From: Arenicellales bacterium
Lineage (GTDB): Bacteria; Pseudomonadota; Gammaproteobacteria; Arenicellales; JAJDZL01
NCBI GenBank assembly: GCA_963662635.2
Contig: CAXXFC010000006.1
Span: forward strand, 104,932-168,931
DNA length: 64,000 bases
Direction: 5' to 3'
The position numbers and the translations under genes were made by a program. This document shows, piece by piece, positions 1 to 9,584 of this stretch. Numbering within the stretch: the stretch's first letter is position 1; each line of letters begins with the position of its first letter. The notes beneath the pieces are model-generated. The model saw only the letters and a list, made by a program, of their open reading frames with translations, did not search any database and was not told the DNA's origin.

Positions 1-822
1 TATATCGACCCGGAAAAACACGGACTGGTACCGCTAGACATAGAAGTTTGGAATGGGTTCATTTTCATTCGGTTTGTGTCGGGAGGACAATCCCTCAAAG
101 AGATGCTATTGCCGATTGAGGACCAAGTCAGCCATTATCAATTGGAAAACGTAAAACCCTACGAAAAAGCCGAGGAAGTTGTCTATCCTGTCAATTGGAA
201 AGTTTTCCATGACATAGACAATGAAGGCTATCACGTTCCAATTGGACATCCGACACTTCATCAGCTATATGGGCAAGACTACGTCGACACCACTGTTGAA
301 AACATTCCCGTTTCCTATGGCAAATTCAACTCGGAATTCGGTCAATTGTGGAGTGTGAAACACTATCGAAAGCTAATGCCCGAATTCAACCATTTACCGG
401 AAGACAAGAAGGACCTGTGGATGTATTTTGGAGTCTTTCCGAATCTGGTTTTTGCGCTCTATCCGGACATGATGGAGATCTATATGTCAATGCCCATTGA
501 TCTTACGAATACAAAAGTAATGTCGCGAATGTACGCCCTGCCAGATGACAGGAGAGAGGTTTCTTTATCACGTTATCTGAATCGAAGAATCAATAAAACG
601 ACAGATTACGAGGACCGTGCTTACATGAATACGATTCAGGAAGGATTGAATTCTTCAGTTTTCCCAAGATGGAACCTGTCCGAAACTGCTGAGACTGGTG
701 TCGGAGATTTCCACTATATCATTCAGAATCAGCTTCCAGTTGCAAAACTGGCCCAACAGCCCGATTCTGGACTCGTGAAGCAACTCAACGAGGAAGTTTC
801 CGCTACCTCGCCGATTCACTGA
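1..822 (+). CDS. Rieske-type non-heme iron oxygenase alpha subunit, C-terminal catalytic part (5' end outside window)
   Basis: Frame 1 is open from base 1 (YIDPEKHGLVPLDIEVWNGFIFIRF) and runs into the listed 76..822 ORF. NWKVFHDIDNEGYHVPIGHP resembles the mononuclear-iron His region of ring-hydroxylating oxygenase alpha subunits. Substrate unknown. Confidence 0.7.
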   Translation, partial: YIDPEKHGLVPLDIEVWNGFIFIRFVSGGQSLKEMLLPIEDQVSHYQLENVKPYEKAEEVVYPVNWKVFHDIDNEGYHVPIGHPTLHQLYGQDYVDTTVENIPVSYGKFNSEFGQLWSVKHYRKLMPEFNHLPEDKKDLWMYFGVFPNLVFALYPDMMEIYMSMPIDLTNTKVMSRMYALPDDRREVSLSRYLNRRINKTTDYEDRAYMNTIQEGLNSSVFPRWNLSETAETGVGDFHYIIQNQLPVAKLAQQPDSGLVKQLNEEVSATSPIH

Positions 823-1663
823 AGTCATATTTTTCGGCATCAGCCATCTGCTGATCAAGTAATCGCTGCTTCTCCTGTCGAGAAAGAATCAAGCCTGCAA
901 TTACCACGCCGATGGTCACGATCACGATGATGATTGTGGCCAGCGCGTTGACGTCGGGTTTAAGTCCCAGTTTCACCCGGGAGTAAATCAGCATGGGCAA
1001 TGTGTTCGCACCGGGGCCCGATACGAAACTGGCGATGACCAAATCATCCAGCGATAGCGTGAACGCCAAAAGCCATCCTGCGACCAATGCTGGTGCGATA
1101 AGTGGAATTGTGACGTCAATCAGTACCCGATATGGTTTTGCACCCAAGTCCTGCGCCGCTTCTTCCAGCGACTCGTCAACACCGACAAGCCGAGATTGAA
1201 CAATGACTGCGACATAAGCCAATGAGAAGGTTATATGCGCAATCGTAATTGTTGTGATTCCCCTCGTAGGCCAGCCGATCAATTCACTCATGGTAATGAA
1301 CAACAGCAACAGCGACAGCCCAGTGATCACCTCAGGCATGACCAGGGGTGCGGAAATCATTCCAGAGAAAAGAACTCTCCCTCGAAATTTTCTGATGCGC
1401 GCCATGGCAATCCCAGCCATGGCACCCAAAAGCGTCGCGAACGTCGCATTCATGACGGCAATTTCGAGACTCAAGAGAACTGCGTTCCAGACCTCCTCAC
1501 TCTGAAAGAGCGTGATATACCACTTGATTGAAAATCCACCCCACACCGGAACAAATCGTGAGGCATTGAAGGAATAGAAGATCAGCAGAAACATCGGGAT
1601 ATACAGAAATGCAAATCCCAGGCACAGCATCGAAAAGATAAATGGTGTCTTTCTCGCGCTCAT
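803..1663 (-). CDS. potI: Polyamine ABC transporter permease (PotI/PotC type)
   Basis: 286-aa polytopic membrane protein with an EAA-type loop (EEAAQDLGAKPYRVLIDVTIPLIAP). It is the last gene of an F-G-H-I ordered minus-strand operon. Its 3' end overlaps the convergent oxygenase gene by 20 nt. Confidence 0.8.
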   Translation of the reverse strand: MSARKTPFIFSMLCLGFAFLYIPMFLLIFYSFNASRFVPVWGGFSIKWYITLFQSEEVWNAVLLSLEIAVMNATFATLLGAMAGIAMARIRKFRGRVLFSGMISAPLVMPEVITGLSLLLLFITMSELIGWPTRGITTITIAHITFSLAYVAVIVQSRLVGVDESLEEAAQDLGAKPYRVLIDVTIPLIAPALVAGWLLAFTLSLDDLVIASFVSGPGANTLPMLIYSRVKLGLKPDVNALATIIIVIVTIGVVIAGLILSRQEKQRLLDQQMADAEKYDFSESAR

Positions 1664-1670
1664 TGTCTGA

Positions 1671-2585
1671 TCACTCTGCTTCTGCTTCCTTCGCCTGATA
1701 GTGCTGATAGAGCATCATCGGAATCACCAGCAGCAGTAACAGAACTATCGCTACTGTTGATGCAACCGGCCAATCCTGATTCAAGTTGAATTCACCGTAA
1801 AGCACCCTGCCGATCATCAAGACATTTCCACCGCCTAACAGATCCGGAATGACAAACTCACCGGTTGCTGGGATAAAAACGAGCAACGAACCGGCAATGA
1901 TGCCGGGCATGGTAAGGGGTATGGTTATCGTACGAAAGATAGTGAACGGTCTCGCGCCGAGGTCCGCAGCCGCTTCGTGAACAGTCAAATCCAATTTTTC
2001 GATGTTCGCGAAAAGTGGCAATATCATGAAAGGTACATAGGTATACACAATACCCACAAATACAGCGAAATCCGTGTATAGCATTTTGATCGGCTGATCA
2101 ATAATCCCCAATCCAATCAGCAGATCGTTGATTGTTCCCTGGTCAGCCAATAAACCAATCCAGGCATACACTCTCAGCAGAAAGGATGTCCAAAACGGAA
2201 GTATCACCATCAGCAATAGAATTTTCTTTACTGTAGGTGACGAACGGGCTATGCCGTAAGCGATCGGGTAGCCGATCAACAGGCACAATATCGTGGAGAT
2301 AATCGAAATTCTGACGGAATTCAGATAGGTCTTGTAATAAAGGTCATCCTCCCAAAGGTATACGAAATTATCGAAAATCAGGGTGATATACATCTGCCCC
2401 TCTTCGCCGAATTGGATTAGTTTCGAAAATGGCGGGCTCGCGACAATGTATTCCGCGAGGCTGATTTTCAGAACAAGGAAGAATGGAATCAGGAAGAAAA
2501 TCAGCAGCCAGAAATACGGCACCGCTACAATTGCCGATTGCCACGCTCTTGCCGACTCGAAAAATCCTCTGAATCTGTCAAGCAA
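1671..2585 (-). CDS. potH: Polyamine ABC transporter permease (PotH/PotB type)
   Basis: 304-aa membrane protein with EAA loop HEAAADLGARPFTIFRTITIPLTMPG. It lies tightly packed between the ATPase and the second permease. Confidence 0.8.
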   Translation of the reverse strand: MLDRFRGFFESARAWQSAIVAVPYFWLLIFFLIPFFLVLKISLAEYIVASPPFSKLIQFGEEGQMYITLIFDNFVYLWEDDLYYKTYLNSVRISIISTILCLLIGYPIAYGIARSSPTVKKILLLMVILPFWTSFLLRVYAWIGLLADQGTINDLLIGLGIIDQPIKMLYTDFAVFVGIVYTYVPFMILPLFANIEKLDLTVHEAAADLGARPFTIFRTITIPLTMPGIIAGSLLVFIPATGEFVIPDLLGGGNVLMIGRVLYGEFNLNQDWPVASTVAIVLLLLLVIPMMLYQHYQAKEAEAE

Positions 2586-2629
2586 ACCTGTTCTACCTCG
2601 CTATCAACAGAACATAATTTGAGACGTTC

Positions 2630-3790
2630 TCACTTGGTCAGCAATATTGGGCTTGAAGCAGCCCAGCTGAGCAAGACTTCATCATCCCACTCGGCAAGAT
2701 GTCTGGCATCCCTGGGCCTCGATTGATTCGGATGAGTAATCTCGACAATCTTGCCATTCTCCAGAAGGATTTTGTAGATCGAAAAATTGCCCAGATAACC
2801 GATATCGTCAACAATACCCTTGACCGAGTTATATTCGTCCATTGTTTCGGGCATGTCTCGGGAAAGGGTGATTTTTTCAGGTCTCAGAGCAATCGACACG
2901 CCGATGTTCTCCCGAATTTCAGAACTGTGGTCAATGTAGAACGAAACATCTCCATGTGAAGATTTGACAATCACATGATTGTCTCCATTTTCGACAACTC
3001 GACCTTCAAACATATTCGCACTGCCGATAAAGTTCGCGACGAATCGTGTCTGCGGATATTCGTAGATATCTGTCGGCGTGCCAATCTGCGAAAACTGTCC
3101 CTGATCCATGACCGCAATTCGCGTTGAAAGCGTCATGGCCTCTTCCTGATCATGAGTGACCACGATAAACGTTATTCCCAGCCGATCCTGAATGTTCATC
3201 AGTTCAAACTGGGTTTGCTCCCGCAATCGTTTGTCCAACGCACCCAAAGGCTCATCAAGCAGAAGTACTTTTGGTTTCTTGACCAAAGCACGCGCCAGCG
3301 CAACCCGTTGACGCTGTCCTCCCGATAACTGATGTGGTTTTCTCTTGCTGAACGGTGTCAGCTCAACAATGGTCAGAATTTCGGCAACTCGCTCGGCAAT
3401 CTCTTCTTTTCCGACGCGATCCTGTTTCAAGCCATATCCCACGTTCTGTTCAACTGTCATATGTGGGAACAATGCATAGGACTGGAACATCATGTTGACA
3501 GGCCGCTGATATGGCGGAATGTTTGCCATATCAACTCCATCAATCGAAATGGTCCCAGAGGAAGGCTCCTCAAAACCGGCCATCATCCTCAACAATGTGG
3601 ATTTACCGCAGCCTGAACCTCCCAACAAAGAAAACAGCTCACCCTCGTATATATCCAGGTCGACGGCGGAAACGGCTGTGAACGAACCAAATGTCTTGGT
3701 CAACGCACGAATTTTGACAAATGGCTCCGCATCGGGGTCGAGCCATGGTTGGTTTTCGAATAGTTTGCTGGTGTCAGTCGTTTGATTCAT
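2630..3790 (-). CDS. potG: Polyamine ABC transporter ATP-binding protein
   Basis: Walker A GGSGCGKST, ABC signature LSGGQRQRVALARAL and Walker B LLLDEP. The C-terminal regulatory extension is typical of PotA/PotG. Confidence 0.85.
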   Translation of the reverse strand: MNQTTDTSKLFENQPWLDPDAEPFVKIRALTKTFGSFTAVSAVDLDIYEGELFSLLGGSGCGKSTLLRMMAGFEEPSSGTISIDGVDMANIPPYQRPVNMMFQSYALFPHMTVEQNVGYGLKQDRVGKEEIAERVAEILTIVELTPFSKRKPHQLSGGQRQRVALARALVKKPKVLLLDEPLGALDKRLREQTQFELMNIQDRLGITFIVVTHDQEEAMTLSTRIAVMDQGQFSQIGTPTDIYEYPQTRFVANFIGSANMFEGRVVENGDNHVIVKSSHGDVSFYIDHSSEIRENIGVSIALRPEKITLSRDMPETMDEYNSVKGIVDDIGYLGNFSIYKILLENGKIVEITHPNQSRPRDARHLAEWDDEVLLSWAASSPILLTK

Positions 3791-3920
3791 TTTTCAGCGA
3801 TAGTGTGTCGTTACTCTAATTGGCGACTGACCGGAAAATTATTCGCACCAATCTATGAATATTCGAATATCCGTGGTTTCATCGATCAGTGCGAATACGT
3901 CAGTTCAATCGAATGTTTTG

Positions 3921-5036
3921 TCAGTTGCCAGTTTTGAAGTTGGTCCAAACCCGGGTTCGAACTCGCTCGATTTTTGGCTTCAAGACTTTCAGTGGATACA
4001 TCATGGCGACTGCTTCGTCCGAAGGATAAACCGCCTCACTTCCTGTAATGACTGGATCAATCAATTCCTTCGCCGATTCATTGGCAGATGCATACCAGGT
4101 GTAATTGCTGTCGCCAGCGGCAACTTCGGGTCGCATCATGTAGTCCAGAAACAGATACGCATTGTCCAGGTTTTCAGCATCCGATGGCACCACCCAGCCA
4201 TCAACCCAAATGTTTGCTTTACCTTCGCCTGGCGGCGCGTAAAACTTCAACTCGATATCCTGGCCCGACTCTTCGGCAGCAGCTTGGGCAAACAGACCGT
4301 CCGGTCCCCAGGTTACCGCCACACAGAATTCTTTCTCCGGCATTCTGATGTAAGCATAGTTATCGAAAGTCTTGATATAGGGCCTGATACTCAGCAATAG
4401 CTCTTCTGCCGCTTCGAAGTCTGCCTTTTTGGATGAACCCGGATCCAATCCAAGATGGGCAAGCGCCATGGAGACTATATCAGTTGGAGAATCAAGGAAA
4501 GCGACACCACACTGTGCGAGTTTTTCCATATTTGCAGGATCGAAAATCAAGTCCATCGATCCTATAGGCGCATCTGGAAATACTTCGCGTACCAATTCTT
4601 CGTTGTACGTGACACCGTGTGTACCCCACATATAAGGCACGATGTATTCGTTATTTGGGTCCCAGTGCTTGGCAATCTGATCCAATACTTTTTGACTGAT
4701 ATGTTTCATATTGGGCAGTCTGGAAACATCCAAACTTTGAATGACACCAGCGGGAAGAAGTCGCGCAACAGCAGAACTTGAGTGGCTGATCACGTCATAT
4801 CCCGTACTCCCAGCCAACAGCTTGGCGTCAACCGTCTCAACGGAATCATAGTTATCGTAGGTTACCTCGATTCCATATTCCTTCTCAAAATTTGAGATTG
4901 TCTCCTCGCCAATATACTCGGCCCAGTTGTAAACTTTGAGCACACCTTCAGCGTTTGCATTCGCAACGCATAGAAAAGACATAGCGAAAAATACAGCTAA
5001 GACTGATCTGTATTTCGAACAAAAACTTTTCAACAC
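3921..5036 (-). CDS. potF: Periplasmic putrescine/polyamine-binding protein
   Basis: N-terminal signal peptide (AVFFAMSFLCVANANA). It aligns by eye along its length with remembered E. coli PotF (VYNW.EYI...NFEKE.GI.V.YD, PYMWGT.G, RVRTRVWT.FK.G). Confidence 0.85.
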   Translation of the reverse strand: MLKSFCSKYRSVLAVFFAMSFLCVANANAEGVLKVYNWAEYIGEETISNFEKEYGIEVTYDNYDSVETVDAKLLAGSTGYDVISHSSSAVARLLPAGVIQSLDVSRLPNMKHISQKVLDQIAKHWDPNNEYIVPYMWGTHGVTYNEELVREVFPDAPIGSMDLIFDPANMEKLAQCGVAFLDSPTDIVSMALAHLGLDPGSSKKADFEAAEELLLSIRPYIKTFDNYAYIRMPEKEFCVAVTWGPDGLFAQAAAEESGQDIELKFYAPPGEGKANIWVDGWVVPSDAENLDNAYLFLDYMMRPEVAAGDSNYTWYASANESAKELIDPVITGSEAVYPSDEAVAMMYPLKVLKPKIERVRTRVWTNFKTGN

Positions 5037-5217
5037 AACTTTACTCCTTTATTTGAACACAAAATTATTTCTTCATCTGATTCCAACAGATGGGTTTTAT
5101 TCGCTGTTTTCATTGTAACTCAATAGAAATGTGATTCCACAAATTATGGATTGTCCGTATTCTATCGATCTATTTGAATCGTGACTGCAGTGACATCTTC
5201 TTATCTGACATGAGAAA

Positions 5218-5865
5218 TCAAGGACCAAGCCATTCACTCATCCACTTGCCCGACAGATTCCGAAAATTCAACCGCTGATGCAGGCGGTCGGTACGCCCCT
5301 GCCAGAATTCGATGTGATCCGGAATTAGCCTATAACCACCCCATCCAGGCGGCCTTGGCACCGCACTACCCGCGAATCTTTGCTCGAATTCAACAACACA
5401 GCTTTCCAGTGCCTCAAAGCTTTCGATCACCTCACTTTGCGGTGAGGCCCAAGCACTGATCTGGCTGCCCCGTGGCCGCGTCGCAAAGTACTCATCGGAC
5501 TTATGCTCGGATAGTTTTTTGACACTTCCTTCAATCCGCACCTGCCGATAGAGTTTGTCCCACCACAATACAAGACTGGCATATGGATTGCCCTGCAACT
5601 CCTTCGACTTGCGACTATCATAATTTGTATAGAACTCGAACCCTGACTCGCCGTAACCTTTCAGCAATACCTGGCGCGCCGAAGGCCGACCATTCGCTCC
5701 GATTGTGGCCAGCGTCATTGCGAAGGGTTCAATCATCCCGCTGTTGATCGCATCATCCATCCATGATGAGAACAGCTCGAACGGGGCGACTGATAAATTG
5801 AGTGATAAAGGCTCCCGCATTTTAGAGTGAGAATCAGTGAATGAGGCTAAAAGCCAGCTAAGCAC
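5218..5865 (-). CDS. pdxH: Pyridoxamine 5'-phosphate oxidase
   Basis: Collinear with E. coli PdxH ([55 protein letters not shown]). The true start may be the internal MREPL at about 5820. Confidence 0.9.
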   Translation of the reverse strand: MLSWLLASFTDSHSKMREPLSLNLSVAPFELFSSWMDDAINSGMIEPFAMTLATIGANGRPSARQVLLKGYGESGFEFYTNYDSRKSKELQGNPYASLVLWWDKLYRQVRIEGSVKKLSEHKSDEYFATRPRGSQISAWASPQSEVIESFEALESCVVEFEQRFAGSAVPRPPGWGGYRLIPDHIEFWQGRTDRLHQRLNFRNLSGKWMSEWLGP

Positions 5866-6029
5866 AATAACTTGATTTCGACAAACTTATCCAATCCATA
5901 CTTTAATCCTTCGCGTCTGATTACAGATTCTTTCATACCTTCGAACGGTGTAACTTCGGTCGAGATGATTCCGGTATGGATACAGACTATCCCGTACTCA
6001 AGCAACTCCGAGATGTTCGTGATTCTTCC
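5847..6029 (-). pseudogene. Stub of a succinate-semialdehyde dehydrogenase 3' end (last ~60 codons only)
   Basis: [60 protein letters not shown] matches the C-terminus of the intact gabD at 9585..9767. About 46 of 60 residues are identical by eye. There is no upstream coding continuation. Confidence 0.8.
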
Positions 6030-6043
6030 GACATTCTGATTGC

Positions 6044-6299
6044 TCATCTACAGGCATCACGGCGATGAACGACACGAACATCCAACACGACAAGCTCTTC
6101 ATATTGTACTTGACCATATTGCGCGATAGTCGCCTATGCGAAACCGTTACAGCCTCCGGAATCCACCCTTCAGCAATGCACCAGGATTCGGATTGTCTGA
6201 CAGACGGTCAATGGCAACCACTATCCAGTTTCGATCCTGCTCTGGGACTCGCTCAAGCTCTCTAATAGTACAATTCTCAGTCTTAACCGAGAATGTCAC
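6044..6299 (-). pseudogene. RelE/ParE-family toxin, frameshifted
   Basis: Three frames together read (V)TFSVKTENCTIRELERVPEQDRNWIVVAIDRLSDNPNPGALLKGGFRRL* / RFRIGDYRAI / GQVQYEELVVLDVRVVHRRDACR*. This is the RelE/ParE pattern (L..nP.pG..kL.g...yR.RvGdYR.iY......v.vl.v.hR.d.Y). A GTG start overlaps the end of the upstream RHH gene. Confidence 0.65.
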
Positions 6300-6531
6300 G
6301 TCGGACGTGGTCCCAATCTAGTACTTTGTCGTTCGAATCGCGGATCCGTTCAACAGCGACAACAAGATCGTCGTATTCTTCACGATAGTGTTCAATCGCC
6401 AGGCGGCGAATGATGTCTGCCCGACTGCGCCGAAGATTTCTCGCTGTCTTATCCAATTCTTCAACTAACGGTGTTGGCACCCGTACGGGTATTTGCCGAG
6501 AAGTGGCATTCTGAAAGCCAGATGATGTCAC
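6283..6531 (-). CDS. Ribbon-helix-helix (CopG-like) antitoxin
   Basis: IPVRVPTPLVEELDKTARNLRRSRADIIRRLAIEHYREEYDDL is a beta-strand/helix/helix RHH pattern. A GTG at 6531 gives an 82-aa product. The listed ORF extends to 6666 but that N-terminal part looks non-coding. Confidence 0.6.
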   Translation of the reverse strand: MTSSGFQNATSRQIPVRVPTPLVEELDKTARNLRRSRADIIRRLAIEHYREEYDDLVVAVERIRDSNDKVLDWDHVRRDILG

Positions 6532-6772
6532 TTGATTCCAATTTCGAGTATACCTTCCAATTACAGGTTTGCACTTGACTAAATTCTTCGCATGCCCCCC
6601 AAGTCTCCAGTAAAACCTGTGCAGAACCCTTATATCGTGACCTTTCCAACACACCTGTAGACACACTCAGATGCCGCGTGCGGAAATTGAAACCTCCCCT
6701 TCACTGGTATCTGAAAACGCAACAATGGATACTCCCGGCATAGATGATTCAGCATCGCCGTTGCTCTTCAAT

Positions 6773-7968
6773 TCAGCCCGATGTGTCAAGGTCAAGCTGA
6801 AAAGTCACGCGAACAAAGCGGCCGGACTCGTCATTGACAAGGGCCGGTTCCGTCCCATTGATTTCCCACATCAATTTCCGCATGAGCAGCCAGCCTCGCC
6901 CTCTTCGTTCCATCAGTCCGGTGACTACAATTGCGTTGGCCATCATTTCGTTTCGCGAACGCGCAGCACCACCGGAACGCGCATGCTCGACAGTCATATG
7001 ATTTGGGAGTGTTCCGGGACTCGTCACGTCGATCCGGTCGCTAAACACTTCAAGCAGCACCTGCGTTCCAGTCAGTGCATAGTCGCGGTGAATGACGGCG
7101 TTAACGACTGCCTCTCGAAGCACCTCTTCCGGAATAAGTGGATTATCCTCTCGGCGCAAGCCACGGAAATTCTCTTGTCGCCCGAGGCTCCGAAACCAGT
7201 CGATAGAGCGCATTACCTGATCCTCCAGGCATCCTTTTCCCTCGCCCACGCTCAAGACGTCAGCCGCTCTGTCCGTCCCGTCATAGGCAGCGAATTGAAC
7301 AAACAGACTTGTAGTATACGGATAGGACTGGGGGTCTCGCCCAAATACCATCAAACCGTAAAGAGTCGGAGTCAGTACATTGTCTTGGATGCTGCATACT
7401 GAAGCGTTTTTGAGATCGGTTTCAATATCAAGAAGCGAATCTTCCTCAACTGACCTGCCCTGTTTTCGCATAAATGAACGAAATGCGGCGAGATCAATAT
7501 CGCTTGTCGTGGCTGACAGAATAACTTGCTGCTCTGTAAGAACAAGGCCAAATGTATTTGAAAGTTCCTGAAGTTCAGAAGGTGATGGTGCTACACTGCT
7601 ACGCCCGCGTCGAATCTAGAATCGACCATCATAGTTGAACGGCTGACCGCTGCGCTGGCGACCGCGCACTTCAACCCAATGTACCCACCTTCGTCCGATT
7701 TAAATCGATCGCACTCGGCGGATATTGGCCTTCCACAGCTGTTTTGCAGAATACTCGTCAGTTTTTCCTGCACTTTTTCGGTGTTCTCCTCCACACCTAC
7801 GATGTTCTGTGAGTCATCTACTCCCAGTACGAGAAGACCGCCGTCACCATTGGCAAAAGCACAGAGTGTTCTACTGATAGCTGAACGGTCAAATCCGCGC
7901 TTGAATTCTGTTCGTGCGTTTTCGCCCGATTCAATTCGACCCACAATTTCAAGCCATTCAATAGTCAT
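6773..7968 (-). pseudogene. AlbA_2 (Schlafen-like) + HATPase_c_4 regulator/ATPase-like protein, disrupted
   Basis: The N-terminal ORF (7591..7968) has the AlbA_2 pattern (ESGENARTEFKRGF...LCAFANGDGGLLVLGVDD). The C-terminal ORF (6773..7471) has LREAVVNAVIHRDY...TSPG...RSRN. The frame of the second ORF stays open up to an in-frame TAG at 7616..7618. A frameshift near 7680 joins it to the first ORF. Confidence 0.7.
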
Positions 7969-8276
7969 GTTCTAAATTCGTATATCCGTCGGCACAGTTC
8001 AATATCGGCAATTTCAAATTTAGATCCAGAGTGAATATTTGTCTAAGTCTCTCATCAGCTATGCGTGTCTTGGCAGTGTATCATACTGTTCGGATTTATC
8101 ACCATATCAAGGCAGACATTGAAATTCTGAAGAGTCCATCCAGTTCCGTACGCCTGTGCCTGCTACAGGTGCACGCGAACCACTAATTCAATTCAGTAGT
8201 CCTGCGATCACGTCGTTGACGCATAGATGCAAATTTGATAGAATATCATCATTTATCGTCGAAATATGACGACAAT

Positions 8277-9437
8277 ATGTTAAAAAAGATCTACTCGCGA
8301 CTGACCCAGCCACCGGGGCAAAGCTTCTTTCTGCTAGGCGTCCGCGGTGTAGGCAAAAGCACCTGGGTGCGTCACCATTTCCCCGATGTGCCGTACATCG
8401 ACCTGCTCGACGAAGCCCGCTACCAGGACTACCTTGCCGACCCGTTCCTCTTCGCCGCCGATCTCCAGTCAGCGGCACCAAACAGCTGGATCGTGGTTGA
8501 CGAAATCCAGCGTCTTCCAAATCTCCTCAATGAAGTGCACCGGCACATCGAGAATCGACGTATCAACTTCGCTCTGTTAGGGTCGAGCGCGCGAAAACTC
8601 AAGGCATCAGGTGTAAACTTGCTCGCTGGCCGCGCGCTGCACAAAACCATGCATCCCCTGACTGCAACCGAGCTCGGCAATGACTTTGATCTCAATGCAG
8701 TCCTTGAAATAGGAACTATCTCCTTGATCTGGGCCGCGGCTGACCGACGCCCCGTGCTTGAGACCTACGTCCGGTATTACCTTCGCGAAGAGGTCCGGGC
8801 CGAAGGGTTGGTTCGAAATCTCCCAGGATTCGCGCGATTCCTGCCGATCGCTGCACTGTACCACGGTCAAGTCGTCAATATTTCCGGAATCGCGCGTGAC
8901 TGCGGCGTCGCACGAACCACAGTGCAGGGATATCTGGACATCCTTGAGGATACATTGCTCACGTTTCGCCTCCATGCATTCCAGCCGCGACTCCGAGTGC
9001 GCGAGCGCCACCATCCCAAACTCTACTGGGTCGATTCAGGTCTGGTCCGTGCAGTAAAGAAGTTGCACGGACCGATTGCGCCTGAAGAGCGCGGCGCGCT
9101 TCTTGAAGGTTGGGTACTGCATCTTTTGCGGGCTCACGCTGAGGAGGATGAGTTGTTCGATGATGTGTACTACTGGGCACCGCACCCGGCAAACCGCAAC
9201 GAAGTCGACTTCGTACTCCGCCGGGGCAATGATCTGATGGCGATCGAAGTCAAGTCCCAGTCTCGCTATTACACCGGAATGCTATCGGGTTTACGCGCAA
9301 TAGCGGAACTCCGCGGACTGATTCGACGGGTGCTCGTCTACGGGGGTAAAAGATCTTTTCGAACCGAAGATGGAATCGACGTATGGTCCATGGATCAGTT
9401 GCTCCAAGCACTCGCCGAAAATGCTCTGTGGCCTTGA
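8277..9437 (+). CDS. AAA_14 / DUF4143-type ATPase with C-terminal PD-(D/E)xK-like module
   Basis: Walker A GVRGVGKST, Walker B-like WIVVDEIQ, and a DUF4143-like HTH segment (ISGIARDCGVARTTVQGYLDILEDTLL). The C-terminus reads NEVDFVLRRGNDLMAIEVKS. The start is taken at ATG 8277 (MLKKIYSRL) rather than TTG 8235. The gene is visibly more GC-rich than its flanks. Confidence 0.8.
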   Translation: MLKKIYSRLTQPPGQSFFLLGVRGVGKSTWVRHHFPDVPYIDLLDEARYQDYLADPFLFAADLQSAAPNSWIVVDEIQRLPNLLNEVHRHIENRRINFALLGSSARKLKASGVNLLAGRALHKTMHPLTATELGNDFDLNAVLEIGTISLIWAAADRRPVLETYVRYYLREEVRAEGLVRNLPGFARFLPIAALYHGQVVNISGIARDCGVARTTVQGYLDILEDTLLTFRLHAFQPRLRVRERHHPKLYWVDSGLVRAVKKLHGPIAPEERGALLEGWVLHLLRAHAEEDELFDDVYYWAPHPANRNEVDFVLRRGNDLMAIEVKSQSRYYTGMLSGLRAIAELRGLIRRVLVYGGKRSFRTEDGIDVWSMDQLLQALAENALWP

Positions 9438-9584
9438 GAGCCTCTAAAATCGAGCACGAAACCGTGACGACTCAAATTCTCGCTTGAATTCCGTTCGCGC
9501 ATCTCCACCCGATCAATACGATTCAGAATGTCGAACCATCCAACAGCCATGTTTCAAATTACAACTGTCGGCGAGTGAACGAGG

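Noticed and set aside
803-822. A 20-nt overlap of the convergent 3' ends of the oxygenase gene and potI.
   Set aside because: It is real in the sequence but an ordinary consequence of compact gene packing. No extra structure was seen.
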